From contig CAXXMD010000002.1 in assembly GCA_963675755.2 (NCBI GenBank), positions 2,385,405 through 2,449,404 of the forward strand: a stretch of 64,000 nucleotides of DNA, in the 5' to 3' direction. Both the position numbers and the translations under genes were made by a program. Each line of letters opens with the position of its first letter. Positions within the stretch are counted from its first letter, which is position 1. Under the pieces are notes generated by a model, which was not told where the DNA came from, did no database searches, and worked only from the letters and a program-made list of their open reading frames with translations. The DNA is from a bacterium (GTDB taxonomy: Bacteria > Zhuqueibacterota > Zhuqueibacteria > Residuimicrobiales > Krinioviventaceae). Shown here in pieces: positions 20,292 through 31,288 of this stretch.

Positions 20292-21599
20292 CTATAACCG
20301 GGTTTTGTTCACTATTGCAGGACATTTCCCGGAAGGCAATTCTTTAATTTTATTGACATATTCTATTTTAAAATTAATATCTTGCCCCAACGTTTTATAA
20401 ATATTTTCTTTCATATAAGCTTCCTGATTAAAAGAATCACCCTTGACAATATAGAGTATATAATCAGAAAGGGTTTCCTGCACAAATTGATATTGAATAA
20501 TATTACGAAGCGAGCCTGATGCATCTTCAATAATTTCCTGAATTGTTGCCCAATTAATGACATCTCCATTGGGACTATAAACCATGTCATTTTTTCTACC
20601 AACAATTTCTTTAATCTTTGATACAAAAGGATAATCAAAATAATCATCTTCCATTACGGCGATATCACCAATATCATATCGTATCAGCGGCATAACATGC
20701 GAATTCAAATCAGTAATCACAACACGTCCGGGTTCTCCCGGTGCAACAGGTTCATCACTATCTAATGATAAAAGCTCAAGCGCATGAGAAGCCACATTTA
20801 CATGCAGCGCGTCACAATTTTTACAATCATGTGCCACTATGCCCAACTCTTCAGTAGCATAACGGTTATAAACTCGTACCTGAAAAAAATCTTCAAATGA
20901 TTTCTTTAAATTTCGAGAGACCGGTTCCGCAGTACAAATAACACCCTTTAATGAACAATGAGCGTGATTCAGGCCTTTCTTTTTGCAATACGCGATTATT
21001 GGTGCAATAACGCTAGGCCATCCAATAAGGAACTGAATATTACCAGACCTCATCAAATCGAATTGCTTTTCCAGCCATTCATCATTCATAATTTTAGGAT
21101 CTATGACTTTGGTATTTACTTTCCAAAGATCAAATTTATCAAATTCTTCTGTTCTTACCTGAGCAAATGGCATTCCCAGTCTGTAACCGGCCAGTTGATT
21201 ATAAAACAAAACTTCGGCATGCCTTCTTTCCTGTTTATAATTTGAAACAGGATATTCAAAAGGAGTTCCCGTTGACCCACTGGTGTAGGCGAGCGGCAAT
21301 TCTAAATGTTTATAGGGTTCTGAACGAAAAGAGTTATATTCTTTTTTAAGTAAATTCTTGTTAATTACCGGAAAATCTGTAAAATCTTTAAAGCCGGCCA
21401 TAGACCGGTAAAAAGGAGTTGTTTCAACCGCATGGTTTAATAAATTATCTATTTTTTTTCGAAAGCCACCAATATTATCTTCAGGGTGATAATAGTAAAG
21501 GTGCAATTCATCCATGTGTTTTTTAAACTTGCCACCTTTGACAAAATCCAGGCCCCAAAAAGCAGTCCTTCTTATTTGACTTTTTAATAAACCAATCAT
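20292..21599 (-). CDS. Phenylacetate-CoA ligase-like / CapK family protein
   Basis: YTSGSTGTP, NRYATEELG, ITDLNSHVMPLIRYDIGD, VGRKND. Confidence 0.88.
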   Translation of the reverse strand: MIGLLKSQIRRTAFWGLDFVKGGKFKKHMDELHLYYYHPEDNIGGFRKKIDNLLNHAVETTPFYRSMAGFKDFTDFPVINKNLLKKEYNSFRSEPYKHLELPLAYTSGSTGTPFEYPVSNYKQERRHAEVLFYNQLAGYRLGMPFAQVRTEEFDKFDLWKVNTKVIDPKIMNDEWLEKQFDLMRSGNIQFLIGWPSVIAPIIAYCKKKGLNHAHCSLKGVICTAEPVSRNLKKSFEDFFQVRVYNRYATEELGIVAHDCKNCDALHVNVASHALELLSLDSDEPVAPGEPGRVVITDLNSHVMPLIRYDIGDIAVMEDDYFDYPFVSKIKEIVGRKNDMVYSPNGDVINWATIQEIIEDASGSLRNIIQYQFVQETLSDYILYIVKGDSFNQEAYMKENIYKTLGQDINFKIEYVNKIKELPSGKCPAIVNKTRL

Positions 21600-21604
21600 G
21601 TATT

Positions 21605-22831
21605 CTAACTTGTTCTTTGGTTCGCTTCTAACACTTTAACAAATTCATCGCCCAGTTTATCTCGTGAAAACTGTTCTTCAGCAAGTTCTCTCGAACGTCT
21701 GCCCATTTCTTCTCGTTCTGTTTTTGAAACGCAAAAAGCTTCAACCGTATTTGCAAAGTCAACCGCATCATCCGGGCTACAGACCTTGCCGCATTTTTGT
21801 TCCGTAATCATATCCGCCAACCATCCTGGATAATTGTTCAACACGGGTAATCCGCCGGATATATAATCGAAAAACTTGTTGGGTGAAGTACCGTAATAAA
21901 ACTCGGGTATATTGGACAAAATCATCAAACCTACATCAAAACGTGGTAACAGCTCTGCCAACTCTGTTTTGCGGATACGTCCTACCCAGGTAACATAATC
22001 TGACAAGCCTTCCTTTTCAGAACGTTCTACAAGCTGATCTTTGAGAGCACCAGTTCCAATAAATACAAAATGGACTCCGGTCTTTCCGCGTCGTTTCAAT
22101 TCAGCAATGCCATCAAGTACAGCATCCAATCCGTTTGCCCTGCCATGTGCTCCGGTAAATACAAACCGCACATCTCCAGGTTTGCCATATTCCGGTTCCG
22201 ATGCATTTTCAGGTTTGGGTTTAAACAATTCCAAATCACAACAATTGGGTATCATACTTGTTTGTTCTATGGGATACCCGGTACGGGTAATTCCTTTTTG
22301 AATTCCCGGTGCTAATGCGACAATATTCCTGGAAGCACGGTAGATGGAGTGCTCCATATTTATCAGTATTCTACGTGCTATAGGATTTTTCATTGCACCC
22401 ATGGCAAATATCAATTCCGGCCAAAGATCACGCACTTCAAACACAAAAGGGACCTTTAATTTCCTGGCAGCCCTTTTGGCTGGTAACCCCACGGTTAAGG
22501 GAGTCGATGTTGCAAAAATAAGATCGGGTTTTGATTCCAGAGTTTTAAGATATGTAAAAACCGCAAATTTAAAAAATTCAAATGCTCGTTGAAACAGGTT
22601 CATACTGTTTGAATATTCGGAATGGATTAGTTTGACGGATATACCATCAATATCTACAACAGAGTTGTTTTTATTATACCGTAATCGTTCATCCAGGTTG
22701 GTAGAATATGTTGAAGTGATCATGGTAACCTTGTGTCCATGAGCAATTAGTTTTTTTGCCCATTCATAAGAACGAATACCATGGCCACCTACGGGAGTTG
22801 CAAAATACTGATGTATATAAACGACATGCAT
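21605..22831 (-). CDS. Glycosyltransferase family 4 (WbuB-like)
   Basis: HQYF, VPFVFEVRDLWPE, SPNKFFDYISGGLPV. Confidence 0.92.
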   Translation of the reverse strand: MHVVYIHQYFATPVGGHGIRSYEWAKKLIAHGHKVTMITSTYSTNLDERLRYNKNNSVVDIDGISVKLIHSEYSNSMNLFQRAFEFFKFAVFTYLKTLESKPDLIFATSTPLTVGLPAKRAARKLKVPFVFEVRDLWPELIFAMGAMKNPIARRILINMEHSIYRASRNIVALAPGIQKGITRTGYPIEQTSMIPNCCDLELFKPKPENASEPEYGKPGDVRFVFTGAHGRANGLDAVLDGIAELKRRGKTGVHFVFIGTGALKDQLVERSEKEGLSDYVTWVGRIRKTELAELLPRFDVGLMILSNIPEFYYGTSPNKFFDYISGGLPVLNNYPGWLADMITEQKCGKVCSPDDAVDFANTVEAFCVSKTEREEMGRRSRELAEEQFSRDKLGDEFVKVLEANQRTS

Positions 22832-22845
22832 ATGTTTACTCTTTA

Positions 22846-24888
22846 TTATAATTGAATCGATTTAATTATTGATTGCGACTCCACGTTATGTATTGTCAAG
22901 TCCTGTTCAGTTTCCGAAATGTTTATTTTTTCAGATGGGGCGATAACAGATACAAACTTGACAGGTAGTTCAGAACCGGTAGTAATCTGCATTGCTGCGG
23001 ATTCGTGATTCTCGCCATAATATAAAGATTCAAATCCTGCCGGTTCTTTTAAAGATCCGGTCAATGTAGCGTATTTCGCCGGCACCGATGTTTTGGTATA
23101 TAGCAACAAGTTACGCTCACCCACCTTTAAATTAGCAAAATTTGAGTTAAATTCAAAATTATTAACGCCAAACTGCCAATTTAATTGTAAATCATGGTAA
23201 CCTGTTCCGGTTATATGATCGGTAACAATCCATAAATCCACATCTTTATAAAATTCCACACTTCTCCTGTGAACAATATTGCCACCCAAGCGTCTGTAGC
23301 CATAATGTTCGCCCGCAAAGAATACACGGTTGCCCCGTTCAATATATTCCACTTTACCGGTTTGAATCCAGTCAAACCATATGAAACGGGGTCCGGCAGT
23401 CATCTGATCCAGATTGTCCACCGATATGGTATTATGCGCATTCGTTCCGGAGAAAAAATGCTCAAGTGGGCCGGAATTGTTGTACAGATACGAACCCGAG
23501 TCTCGAAACACATTGACTCCATCGTACCAAATATCAAGATGCAATGCATCCGCATGACTGGGACGTGTTTTATAATTATGACAGCGTAACAGCCCATGGC
23601 TTGAAGCGCCACGGAATGAGAAATAGCCACCAGTGGGAAATGCAACATTGCCCTGCGGCTTTTGCGCAGCATCCGCAGAAACAGCTTGCTCACCAAAATA
23701 CCAGATCAAATCTTCATCCCAGGGACCCTCTGCGTACAACTTTTTACCTGCAATCAAATAATGTGCAGCTTGTATTACAGGACGATAATCCAGATAATCA
23801 CAAGAGTTTAGAGGCATGATAACAGCGCCATCATTGGGACCATAATTGGGAACCCGCCCTGTTTCTAAATCCTGGAACTGGTACAGAAAATCTGTAGCTT
23901 TTTCTACTTGCCGCTGCAATGCGTCACTAAACCGGTCATGGTTCAATTGGGCAATACGGATAGACCAGATCATGGTCTGAAGCATTAAACGATGATAGTT
24001 CATGGAATGTTGAATGTATGCACCGTCTGTAAAAATTTGCTTTAACGCAATGCGCTCAAAAATACGTTTACCTTTACGTTTCCAGATCTTTGCGCGTTTA
24101 AACTGTGGAAAGAGTAAACCCACAGTATAAATCCCCATTGATTCAGTCAGAGCGTGGTTGGTACGTGTAGATATAGCATATTGAATATTTTTTTCGACCC
24201 GTTCAGCATGGGTACCAATGGCTTTGAGCAGTTTTTCTAAATTCTCATCCGTACTGGTTGGGTGCTCAAAAAACGCAAAAAAAGCAAAACACAAGGCCAT
24301 CATACGGATCGATGTTTCCTGTCCGCAATAATAATGAATGCCCTGATTCGGCGGATTCGCCTCATACCAGTCGGTAAAAAACTCCCAAAATTTTTCGACA
24401 TATTTACCATCACCCGTTGCTGCAAAGACCCGAACCAGTTCATAGGTCCATGCAAAACGAGAGGCTTCCCACACATATTTTATATCGCCAAATTCAGGAT
24501 CAAGATCCTGTATAGCGGTCCAATGCACATTGGGATTTGCCCGTTTTCCGGTCAACGGATTTAGAAACCAATCCGGTTTTTCTCCCATATCAATTTCATG
24601 TTTAAAGAAATAGAGAAAACGGTTTTGCAAGACTTTATCCGCACGTTCTGTCATTTTATAGTCTTGAACATTGGGCACCTGGCCTTTTGCGAAAAAGAAT
24701 TTACCAATACTCGCATAAAAAGATTGCACATCCTTTGATACAAGATCGATTAATCCAAAGCTGTTCCAGGGGCGGATCTTGAATTTCTTTTTCTGTAATC
24801 CGGTTTTCCGTTCCAATGCGTAATAAACCCGAAATATAAGAAAAGGAATCCCGTAATATTTTATTATCTGTGTTAGATTTTTCAGCAT
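22846..24888 (-). CDS. Heparinase II/III family protein, polysaccharide-locus type
   Basis: DIKYVWEASRF, NHALTE, QHSMNYHR, NYGPNDGA, HADALH, DSGSYLYN, AHNTISVD. Confidence 0.92.
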   Translation of the reverse strand: MLKNLTQIIKYYGIPFLIFRVYYALERKTGLQKKKFKIRPWNSFGLIDLVSKDVQSFYASIGKFFFAKGQVPNVQDYKMTERADKVLQNRFLYFFKHEIDMGEKPDWFLNPLTGKRANPNVHWTAIQDLDPEFGDIKYVWEASRFAWTYELVRVFAATGDGKYVEKFWEFFTDWYEANPPNQGIHYYCGQETSIRMMALCFAFFAFFEHPTSTDENLEKLLKAIGTHAERVEKNIQYAISTRTNHALTESMGIYTVGLLFPQFKRAKIWKRKGKRIFERIALKQIFTDGAYIQHSMNYHRLMLQTMIWSIRIAQLNHDRFSDALQRQVEKATDFLYQFQDLETGRVPNYGPNDGAVIMPLNSCDYLDYRPVIQAAHYLIAGKKLYAEGPWDEDLIWYFGEQAVSADAAQKPQGNVAFPTGGYFSFRGASSHGLLRCHNYKTRPSHADALHLDIWYDGVNVFRDSGSYLYNNSGPLEHFFSGTNAHNTISVDNLDQMTAGPRFIWFDWIQTGKVEYIERGNRVFFAGEHYGYRRLGGNIVHRRSVEFYKDVDLWIVTDHITGTGYHDLQLNWQFGVNNFEFNSNFANLKVGERNLLLYTKTSVPAKYATLTGSLKEPAGFESLYYGENHESAAMQITTGSELPVKFVSVIAPSEKINISETEQDLTIHNVESQSIIKSIQL

Positions 24889-24889
24889 A

Positions 24890-26047
24890 TTATTTTAATA
24901 ATTTAGTATAAAATTCTCTCAAGTTCTTTTCACAAATGCCCCAATTGTATTTCTCAATAAATGCACGCTGTCCGTATTCAGCCATTGAGCGGGTCAATTC
25001 TTCATCATCTACAATTTCTAATATGGCGTCAACATATGCTTTTATATCATCCGCCGGAACAACCAGGCCCACTTTTTCATCTTTAACAAACTGATAGCTT
25101 GACGGCATATCAGATGCAACGATGGGAATACCTTGCGACATGTATTCAAAAAACTTTGTAGGCACATGAGACGGCAGCACATATTCTCCATGGTGCTGTA
25201 ATAAGCTAAGCCCAACACCGCCTTTGCGTACAAATCCCGGTAATTCCTGACCGGTCATATGCGGCACAAATTCAATCACATCTTTATATTCAGGCTTGAC
25301 CAGTTTTTCGTTCATGGCATCTTCATGGTACTGAGACCAGAATCTTTTGGTGACCAAAACCTTCATTTCCGGACGTCTTTGCTTCAATTCACGCGCCACA
25401 TCCAGCAAGACCAGGGAACCACGCACAGGGCTCAGGGTTCCCGTATGGATTACTGTATTTTTACGTTCTTTTAGCAATTCCTCAGTTACCGGTTCGGGAT
25501 TAAAATCTTCAAGAGACGCAAAATTGGGAGTCCACACAGCCGGGCATCCTAAACGTGAAAATCGTTTAACGTGTTCCATATACACCGCGGAAACAGACCC
25601 GCAAACAACACCGGTAAATGTTTCTGCCAACCAAACCATACCCGCTACCAACCAGCGAAGCGGTTTAAAATCCGGAAATTTTAATGGAATTTGGCGTGTA
25701 TAAAATTCGTGAATATCATAAACAACAGGTCTCCCGCTTATAATTCGAAGCCAGGGAGCAAATATCAGCAAATCGGGATCATGGAAATGATACACATCTG
25801 CTTTTTGCTGATAAGCAAGCCGGGTGATCCGGTAAAGGGTTTTGATGCGTTGCTTTAATCCTTTCCAGCGCTCATAGCCAATGACTTTAACACCATCCTG
25901 CTCATAGCTGCCGGTTTCCGATACAGCTATTAAAGTAACATCCATTCCGAGATTTACCAATGAACGACAGTGCCGGTTAAACACACGTACGTCTCGTGAT
26001 CGATGGATGGTAAAAACACAAATCTTTTTGTTTAATTTTTCACCCAT
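24890..26047 (-). CDS. Glycosyltransferase family 4
   Basis: DVRVF, YHFHDPDL, VYDIHE, PTKFFEYMSQGIPIVASD. Confidence 0.92.
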   Translation of the reverse strand: MGEKLNKKICVFTIHRSRDVRVFNRHCRSLVNLGMDVTLIAVSETGSYEQDGVKVIGYERWKGLKQRIKTLYRITRLAYQQKADVYHFHDPDLLIFAPWLRIISGRPVVYDIHEFYTRQIPLKFPDFKPLRWLVAGMVWLAETFTGVVCGSVSAVYMEHVKRFSRLGCPAVWTPNFASLEDFNPEPVTEELLKERKNTVIHTGTLSPVRGSLVLLDVARELKQRRPEMKVLVTKRFWSQYHEDAMNEKLVKPEYKDVIEFVPHMTGQELPGFVRKGGVGLSLLQHHGEYVLPSHVPTKFFEYMSQGIPIVASDMPSSYQFVKDEKVGLVVPADDIKAYVDAILEIVDDEELTRSMAEYGQRAFIEKYNWGICEKNLREFYTKLLK

Positions 26048-26069
26048 AACTATCCAATTATTCTTGTAA

Positions 26070-27266
26070 TTAATTTATCAATTTAATAAAATGGTCTATT
26101 ATCTTTTTGGCTGTGGTTGCTACACCAAAACGTTCTTCCGCCCTCACCCTGGCCGCATCTGACATTTCCTGACGTTTCAAATCATCACTTAACACATTGT
26201 TCAGCGCTTGTGATAATGCATTAACATCTCTTGGTGGAATCAGTATTGAACCTTTACTGTCTCCAATAGCTTCAGGTAATCCGCCTACCTCTGTTGCAAC
26301 AACAGGTAAACCGCATGCCATAGCTTCCATAACCGCGTTCGGCATTCCTTCATGATAACTTGGTAAAACAAAAACATCACACGCTTTCATCCATTTGTGG
26401 ACCTGATCATGTAGAACCGGTCCCATCATTCGGATTTTTTCACACAATTGATGTTCATCAATGTATTGAACCATACCTTGTTTTGCAGCACCGCTGCCAC
26501 AAACACGTAATTCCAGATCATCAAGATCATCACTTACTTTATGAAATGCCTTCAAGAGTTCAAAAACGCCCTTGTCACTTTTTAAGTTACTAAGATACAA
26601 AACAATCTTTTTATCTAAAGGTAAACCCAATTCTTTACGGATTTCATCCTTTTCTTTTACCGGTTTAAATAAATCCAGGTCTACTACACCGTAAACGGTC
26701 AAAACCGGTTTTTTACTGATCTTTGCAAGCTTATCTGCAATACCCTGCCCGTTTGCCATAACACCATCCAGGCGCTCTACAACGGATGTAAAATGATTAT
26801 ATATGGTTTTAGAGTAATTGGGAATTATATTAACATCCCGTCCAATTGCTTCGCATACAACCGGCAATTTTAAATCTTGAGCCAACCGGACTGCGGCATC
26901 ACCATCCGGGAAAAAACTGCGAGAATAGATAATATCAAATTTTTTCTCACGATGTAATTTTAAAGCAACTTTTTTCAGTGCCCAATAAACAGCCAGGCCA
27001 TTCCACCGGTAATACCAGTTTCCGGTGACTCTTAGATACGGCACAGCAAAAGCATCAACACCTTTATATTTACAAACAGGCACATTATTTTCCATGCCCT
27101 GCCATCTCTTGATTTTATTCAAAAACGGAGGCACCCATACCGTGGGTACAATCACTGTAATTTCTTCACCCTGACGGGCCATCTCCCTTACCTGACGGGC
27201 CATCCATATCCCATAATTGGGATTATTTTCATTAGGATACAAGTGAGAAATGGTCAATATCTTCAT
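26070..27266 (-). CDS. Glycosyltransferase family 4
   Basis: DVFVLPSYHEGMPNAVMEAMACGLPVVAT. Confidence 0.94.
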   Translation of the reverse strand: MKILTISHLYPNENNPNYGIWMARQVREMARQGEEITVIVPTVWVPPFLNKIKRWQGMENNVPVCKYKGVDAFAVPYLRVTGNWYYRWNGLAVYWALKKVALKLHREKKFDIIYSRSFFPDGDAAVRLAQDLKLPVVCEAIGRDVNIIPNYSKTIYNHFTSVVERLDGVMANGQGIADKLAKISKKPVLTVYGVVDLDLFKPVKEKDEIRKELGLPLDKKIVLYLSNLKSDKGVFELLKAFHKVSDDLDDLELRVCGSGAAKQGMVQYIDEHQLCEKIRMMGPVLHDQVHKWMKACDVFVLPSYHEGMPNAVMEAMACGLPVVATEVGGLPEAIGDSKGSILIPPRDVNALSQALNNVLSDDLKRQEMSDAARVRAEERFGVATTAKKIIDHFIKLIN

Positions 27267-27533
27267 TCATTGCTTCCGGCTTTATCCAAATTCTCTTTTT
27301 CTTGTTCTTCTTCAGTTTCCAGCAAATCTACATTACCCGCTACCAATGCCAAACCCAGGGCATACCAGTACCCCTTGGTTACAATAGCGGTCATTGTCAG
27401 TCCGATGAATAGTGAATACATCATCATTGTCATTGAAAGCCACTTTAACTGTGGATGTTCAATAGTTAATATTTTCATAAATAGAAAAAAGTAAATTGAA
27501 AGCCATAATATTGCGCCAACAACCCCCAACTCT
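27263..27533 (-). pseudogene. C-terminal fragment of the O-antigen ligase/Wzy, separated by a frameshift
   Basis: Adding one G at 27534-27535 restores the family motif AHNDLVSIAGELGVVG and joins the remaining TM helices. Confidence 0.85.
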
Positions 27534-28623
27534 CCGCAATTGAAACAAGATCATTATGAGCGGCACGAACGCCTTTATGTTCAGGAAACATTTCCTGAAA
27601 GTTCTTATATCCCCACCCAAATATGGGGCGTTTGGAAAGCAATTCAAGACCTGCCTTCCATTGTTCAGAACGTCCGCCCAAATCTCCATCGCTTTGAGTA
27701 CCGCGCAACCTGGCTTTTGCCTGATCTGATAATACATCCGTTGTTAAAGCAATTGTCAAAACAGATAAACCAAGCAAGGTGACCAGAACAATACTTACAA
27801 CACTTTTAACAAGATATTTCCCTTTGGCAGCGAATAAAAATCCCATGACCGGTGCAAGCACAAATGAAGCCAGCGCCGTTCTATTCTGCGTTTTTAGTAT
27901 GCCGTATAAAAGTATTGGACCAAAAACAAGGAATCCCAAAACGGCAAACCGTTCTTTTTCGTTAAACAGGTAAAAAGCAGACAGAAATCCAAGTAATAAA
28001 GAGTTGCCCAATACTACAGGATTCGTTCCTTCAGAAAGCACAACACGTCCCATTGCCTCTCCACCGGCTGAATAACCAACCTGACCAAAAATAATCATAA
28101 AAGCACTGGTGATAGAGCCAAGAAAAACAGCCCATAAAATAAACCGAAGGTTTTTTTCATCTCTAATGGTATTAATGAGAATAATAATTAATATCACATT
28201 CAATATTAATGCTACAATACCATTATATGTCGCCTGCTGTACATGTGCCCATAAAAAACTCATCAACGCAAACCAGGTAAAAATCAGTATGGGAATCATC
28301 TCGCGGGGAATGACAACTTTTAGTCGAAACTTGTTAATGACATAACTTGCCACTACAAGCAATCCAATAGCACGACTTCCTGCACCAATTTTTGAAAGTT
28401 CAAACGCACCCTCAATAGGGAAAAAGAACAACAATGCCATAATAGCAACAGGAGTATGATACATGCTTGTAGCACCAACCACAATACCAACCACAATAGC
28501 AGCATGCACTTTACTTCCTGAAATAAAATAAATTGCCGCACCAACAATTGCGGCAATAACTATCAGGACCATTGATCTTTTGGTTTTTTGTAGTTCTTTT
28601 AAATTTTGATCTAGTTTATTCAT
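27475..28623 (-). CDS. O-antigen ligase family / Wzy polymerase (frameshifted)
   Basis: Multi-pass membrane protein with TQNRTA, GGRSEQWKAG, PIFGWG and AHND motifs. Confidence 0.85.
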   Translation of the reverse strand: MNKLDQNLKELQKTKRSMVLIVIAAIVGAAIYFISGSKVHAAIVVGIVVGATSMYHTPVAIMALLFFFPIEGAFELSKIGAGSRAIGLLVVASYVINKFRLKVVIPREMIPILIFTWFALMSFLWAHVQQATYNGIVALILNVILIIILINTIRDEKNLRFILWAVFLGSITSAFMIIFGQVGYSAGGEAMGRVVLSEGTNPVVLGNSLLLGFLSAFYLFNEKERFAVLGFLVFGPILLYGILKTQNRTALASFVLAPVMGFLFAAKGKYLVKSVVSIVLVTLLGLSVLTIALTTDVLSDQAKARLRGTQSDGDLGGRSEQWKAGLELLSKRPIFGWGYKNFQEMFPEHKGVRAAHNDLVSIAESWGLLAQYYGFQFTFFYL

Positions 28624-28625
28624 AC

Positions 28626-30104
28626 TCAAGATTTTAACAATGGCTCCAGTTTGATCCAGCGCATTACCAGCTCTTTATCGCTTTCATCAAGCAATTTAAA
28701 CCGGAATGATAGAAACATAAACAATGCACCACCAATTACCATTACAATACTAAAATGGATTAACGGCTGATGTATAAACAATGCAAAAAGTTTTCCTATG
28801 CCAAATGCAACAATAGAAACCAGCAATAACTTCCACACAACATCAAGAACAAAAGCCTGACGCAGTGTAAACGGCAAGTCCCGGTTTATATATTTCAACG
28901 AAACCGCAATTTGAGTAATCCTTCCTGCCAGCACACCTATTGCTGGTCCCATTAACCCCAAAGGATAAATTAATACCCATCCAACACCCAAGCCAACAAT
29001 CAGTGCAGCCAGGGACGAATAAATAACATATTGGGTTTTACCTGTAATTTTAAACAATGATTGTGTATCACATATTCTAAGCGGTAATAACAAAAGCATA
29101 ACAATAAAAATATACCAGGCACTGCCATAAGTATCACCATACAGAATGGTCAAAAATTCTTTTGAAACAAATGTCAACATAACAAACAAAGGTATTGAAA
29201 CAATGGCTACTTTGTGGGCAGTTTTTACCCATAAATTAATTATACCTTGTATATTGCCCCCCTGCATATATTGAATACAAACCGGGATCAAAACAAGTGC
29301 AATTTGCGAAGACAGCTTGGCCAATACAGGCAGCTCTGTGCTGGCGACTGAAAACAAGGCAAAGTCTTCCGGGGTAAAAAAGGTAGAGACCAAAAGTCTG
29401 TGGATCTGGGTATAAAACACATAGGTTGCAAAACTGATCCAGTACGGTATAGAAAATCCAAATTGACCCTTGAGTAACTCCCAATTAAATGAGGGATGGA
29501 TACCAATGACCTTGATAAATACATACATGTTGTAAAAAAACAAAATCACATTGGCAAGGGTCAATATCTGAATTGCAAACAAAAATGTGGACCCCATCAA
29601 CAAGGGTACTGCAATAGCAAGCACTACAAAAATGGATTGAAAGAAAGAAATAATGCTGTTCAGCTTTGCTTTACCAACAGTAATCAAAGATGTATGGAAC
29701 AAGGCGCCAAACATTTGAAATGCCGGGAAAACCGCAGTATAGACCAGATATTTTTCCAGTTCCGGATTACTAAAAGCATTCGCCACATATTTTCTGGTAA
29801 AAAATAAGGTTAAAAAAGCCAATAAACCCAAAAACGCATACAATACATTGGTTTGAAAAACAAACTGTTTCTTTTCTTTGTCATTCAAACTGGCAAGATA
29901 ATATGATGCACTCTCTGCAATACTGAGATAAAAGATAATATAAAAAATATACGACAGCATGATAATCTGACGAAAACTTCCAAAATCGTGCTGTGTTAAA
30001 ATTCTCGCCAGAATCATTCCTTGAATGATTGACGTACCCTGAGTCAGGGCATTACCAATCACAAGGAATATGGATTGGTCCTTCAAACTGGTTTTTTCTG
30101 CCAT
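28626..30104 (-). CDS. wzx: Oligosaccharide flippase (Wzx/MOP family)
   Basis: ILARILTQHDFG N-terminal motif, many hydrophobic helices, LYGDTY, LGLMGPAIG. Confidence 0.88.
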   Translation of the reverse strand: MAEKTSLKDQSIFLVIGNALTQGTSIIQGMILARILTQHDFGSFRQIIMLSYIFYIIFYLSIAESASYYLASLNDKEKKQFVFQTNVLYAFLGLLAFLTLFFTRKYVANAFSNPELEKYLVYTAVFPAFQMFGALFHTSLITVGKAKLNSIISFFQSIFVVLAIAVPLLMGSTFLFAIQILTLANVILFFYNMYVFIKVIGIHPSFNWELLKGQFGFSIPYWISFATYVFYTQIHRLLVSTFFTPEDFALFSVASTELPVLAKLSSQIALVLIPVCIQYMQGGNIQGIINLWVKTAHKVAIVSIPLFVMLTFVSKEFLTILYGDTYGSAWYIFIVMLLLLPLRICDTQSLFKITGKTQYVIYSSLAALIVGLGVGWVLIYPLGLMGPAIGVLAGRITQIAVSLKYINRDLPFTLRQAFVLDVVWKLLLVSIVAFGIGKLFALFIHQPLIHFSIVMVIGGALFMFLSFRFKLLDESDKELVMRWIKLEPLLKS

Positions 30105-30187
30105 CTAGTAGTACTACCTGTCCCTAAACATTAATATAATATGAAAACATTGAGTATAATCCTGGCTGCAATAAATCAGCCACGGAT

Positions 30188-31273
30188 TCAAGTTTCTGAA
30201 TTTGAATTCAAAGGTGTTCGGTAAGCCGGGAAAAAAGATTCATTATATAAATCACTCTTGATATCTATATCACGATTATTGCATAATTCAATGTATTTTT
30301 CTTTATCAATCACCCACTTCCACACATTGAAATCATGTCTTATTTTTGAAAAACCGGATTTAAATTCAAACAATGAATCTTTTTGGGCTCCAACACCACC
30401 CCCCAGATGAAATGTTTTAAATTTATTTTCTGCTGCCCATAATCTTACAGTATCTTTTTCCAATTTCCTTGGAGCAATATCACGGTATTTTGAAAACATT
30501 CCACCAAGATAAGATTGTACAATACCGTTACATTCAATATATATACCACCACAAATTACTTCACCCTCTAGCAAACAGATGAATAAATATACATTTGCTT
30601 CCAGTTTGTTTACCAGGTTTTCAAAATGCTCTCTGGTAAAATAATAATAATCTGTAGCATTAACACGGTTCATGGTTTCATAGTAAAGTGCTAAAAACTC
30701 GTCAAGATATTTATACTCTGTATCTATAATACATTCCGCACCCAAACGACGGAGTTTATTTACACCGCTCTTGTGCCCTTTAGAATATTGACTTCTCTGC
30801 TCCTCGACCGGTAACGACAAGTCTACGGAAATAGTAATACCAATATTAGATACACTTCCGGTATTTTCAATAATAAAATTCTGAGGTATAAATGGGTGCA
30901 GTCTTGAGAAAACAGTAATAACATTCATGTTTTTCAGCTCGCTTTGTAAGCTAGACTGAAAATCTTTAACAATCTCATCCGGTATAGAAGAATGAGATGA
31001 TACAGGTCCCGCATACCCATACACAGAAGAAGCATCATAAAAGCCATTAGCACCACTCAACTCATCAACACTTTTTAATGATCGAATCATCAAGGGCAAA
31101 GCAATATGATAGCCGTCTTTTTCATAACTGAATAATACAGCTTTACCTTCACCACCTTCTTCAGCTATTTTATGATAGCTGGGAAGGTGATAAAAGTCAT
31201 AAAGCTGCATTTTAGACAGATGCTTGTTCCATTCCTCGGCATTATCGGTATAAATCTTTTGAATTTGGGACAT
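30188..31273 (-). CDS. GNAT/FemAB-like acyltransferase
   Basis: DFYHLPSY, SVYGYAGP, FSRLHP, YYETMNRVNA, FHLGGGVG...LFEFKSGF. Confidence 0.85.
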   Translation of the reverse strand: MSQIQKIYTDNAEEWNKHLSKMQLYDFYHLPSYHKIAEEGGEGKAVLFSYEKDGYHIALPLMIRSLKSVDELSGANGFYDASSVYGYAGPVSSHSSIPDEIVKDFQSSLQSELKNMNVITVFSRLHPFIPQNFIIENTGSVSNIGITISVDLSLPVEEQRSQYSKGHKSGVNKLRRLGAECIIDTEYKYLDEFLALYYETMNRVNATDYYYFTREHFENLVNKLEANVYLFICLLEGEVICGGIYIECNGIVQSYLGGMFSKYRDIAPRKLEKDTVRLWAAENKFKTFHLGGGVGAQKDSLFEFKSGFSKIRHDFNVWKWVIDKEKYIELCNNRDIDIKSDLYNESFFPAYRTPLNSNSET

Positions 31274-31288
31274 ATAGTTATTAATTAC

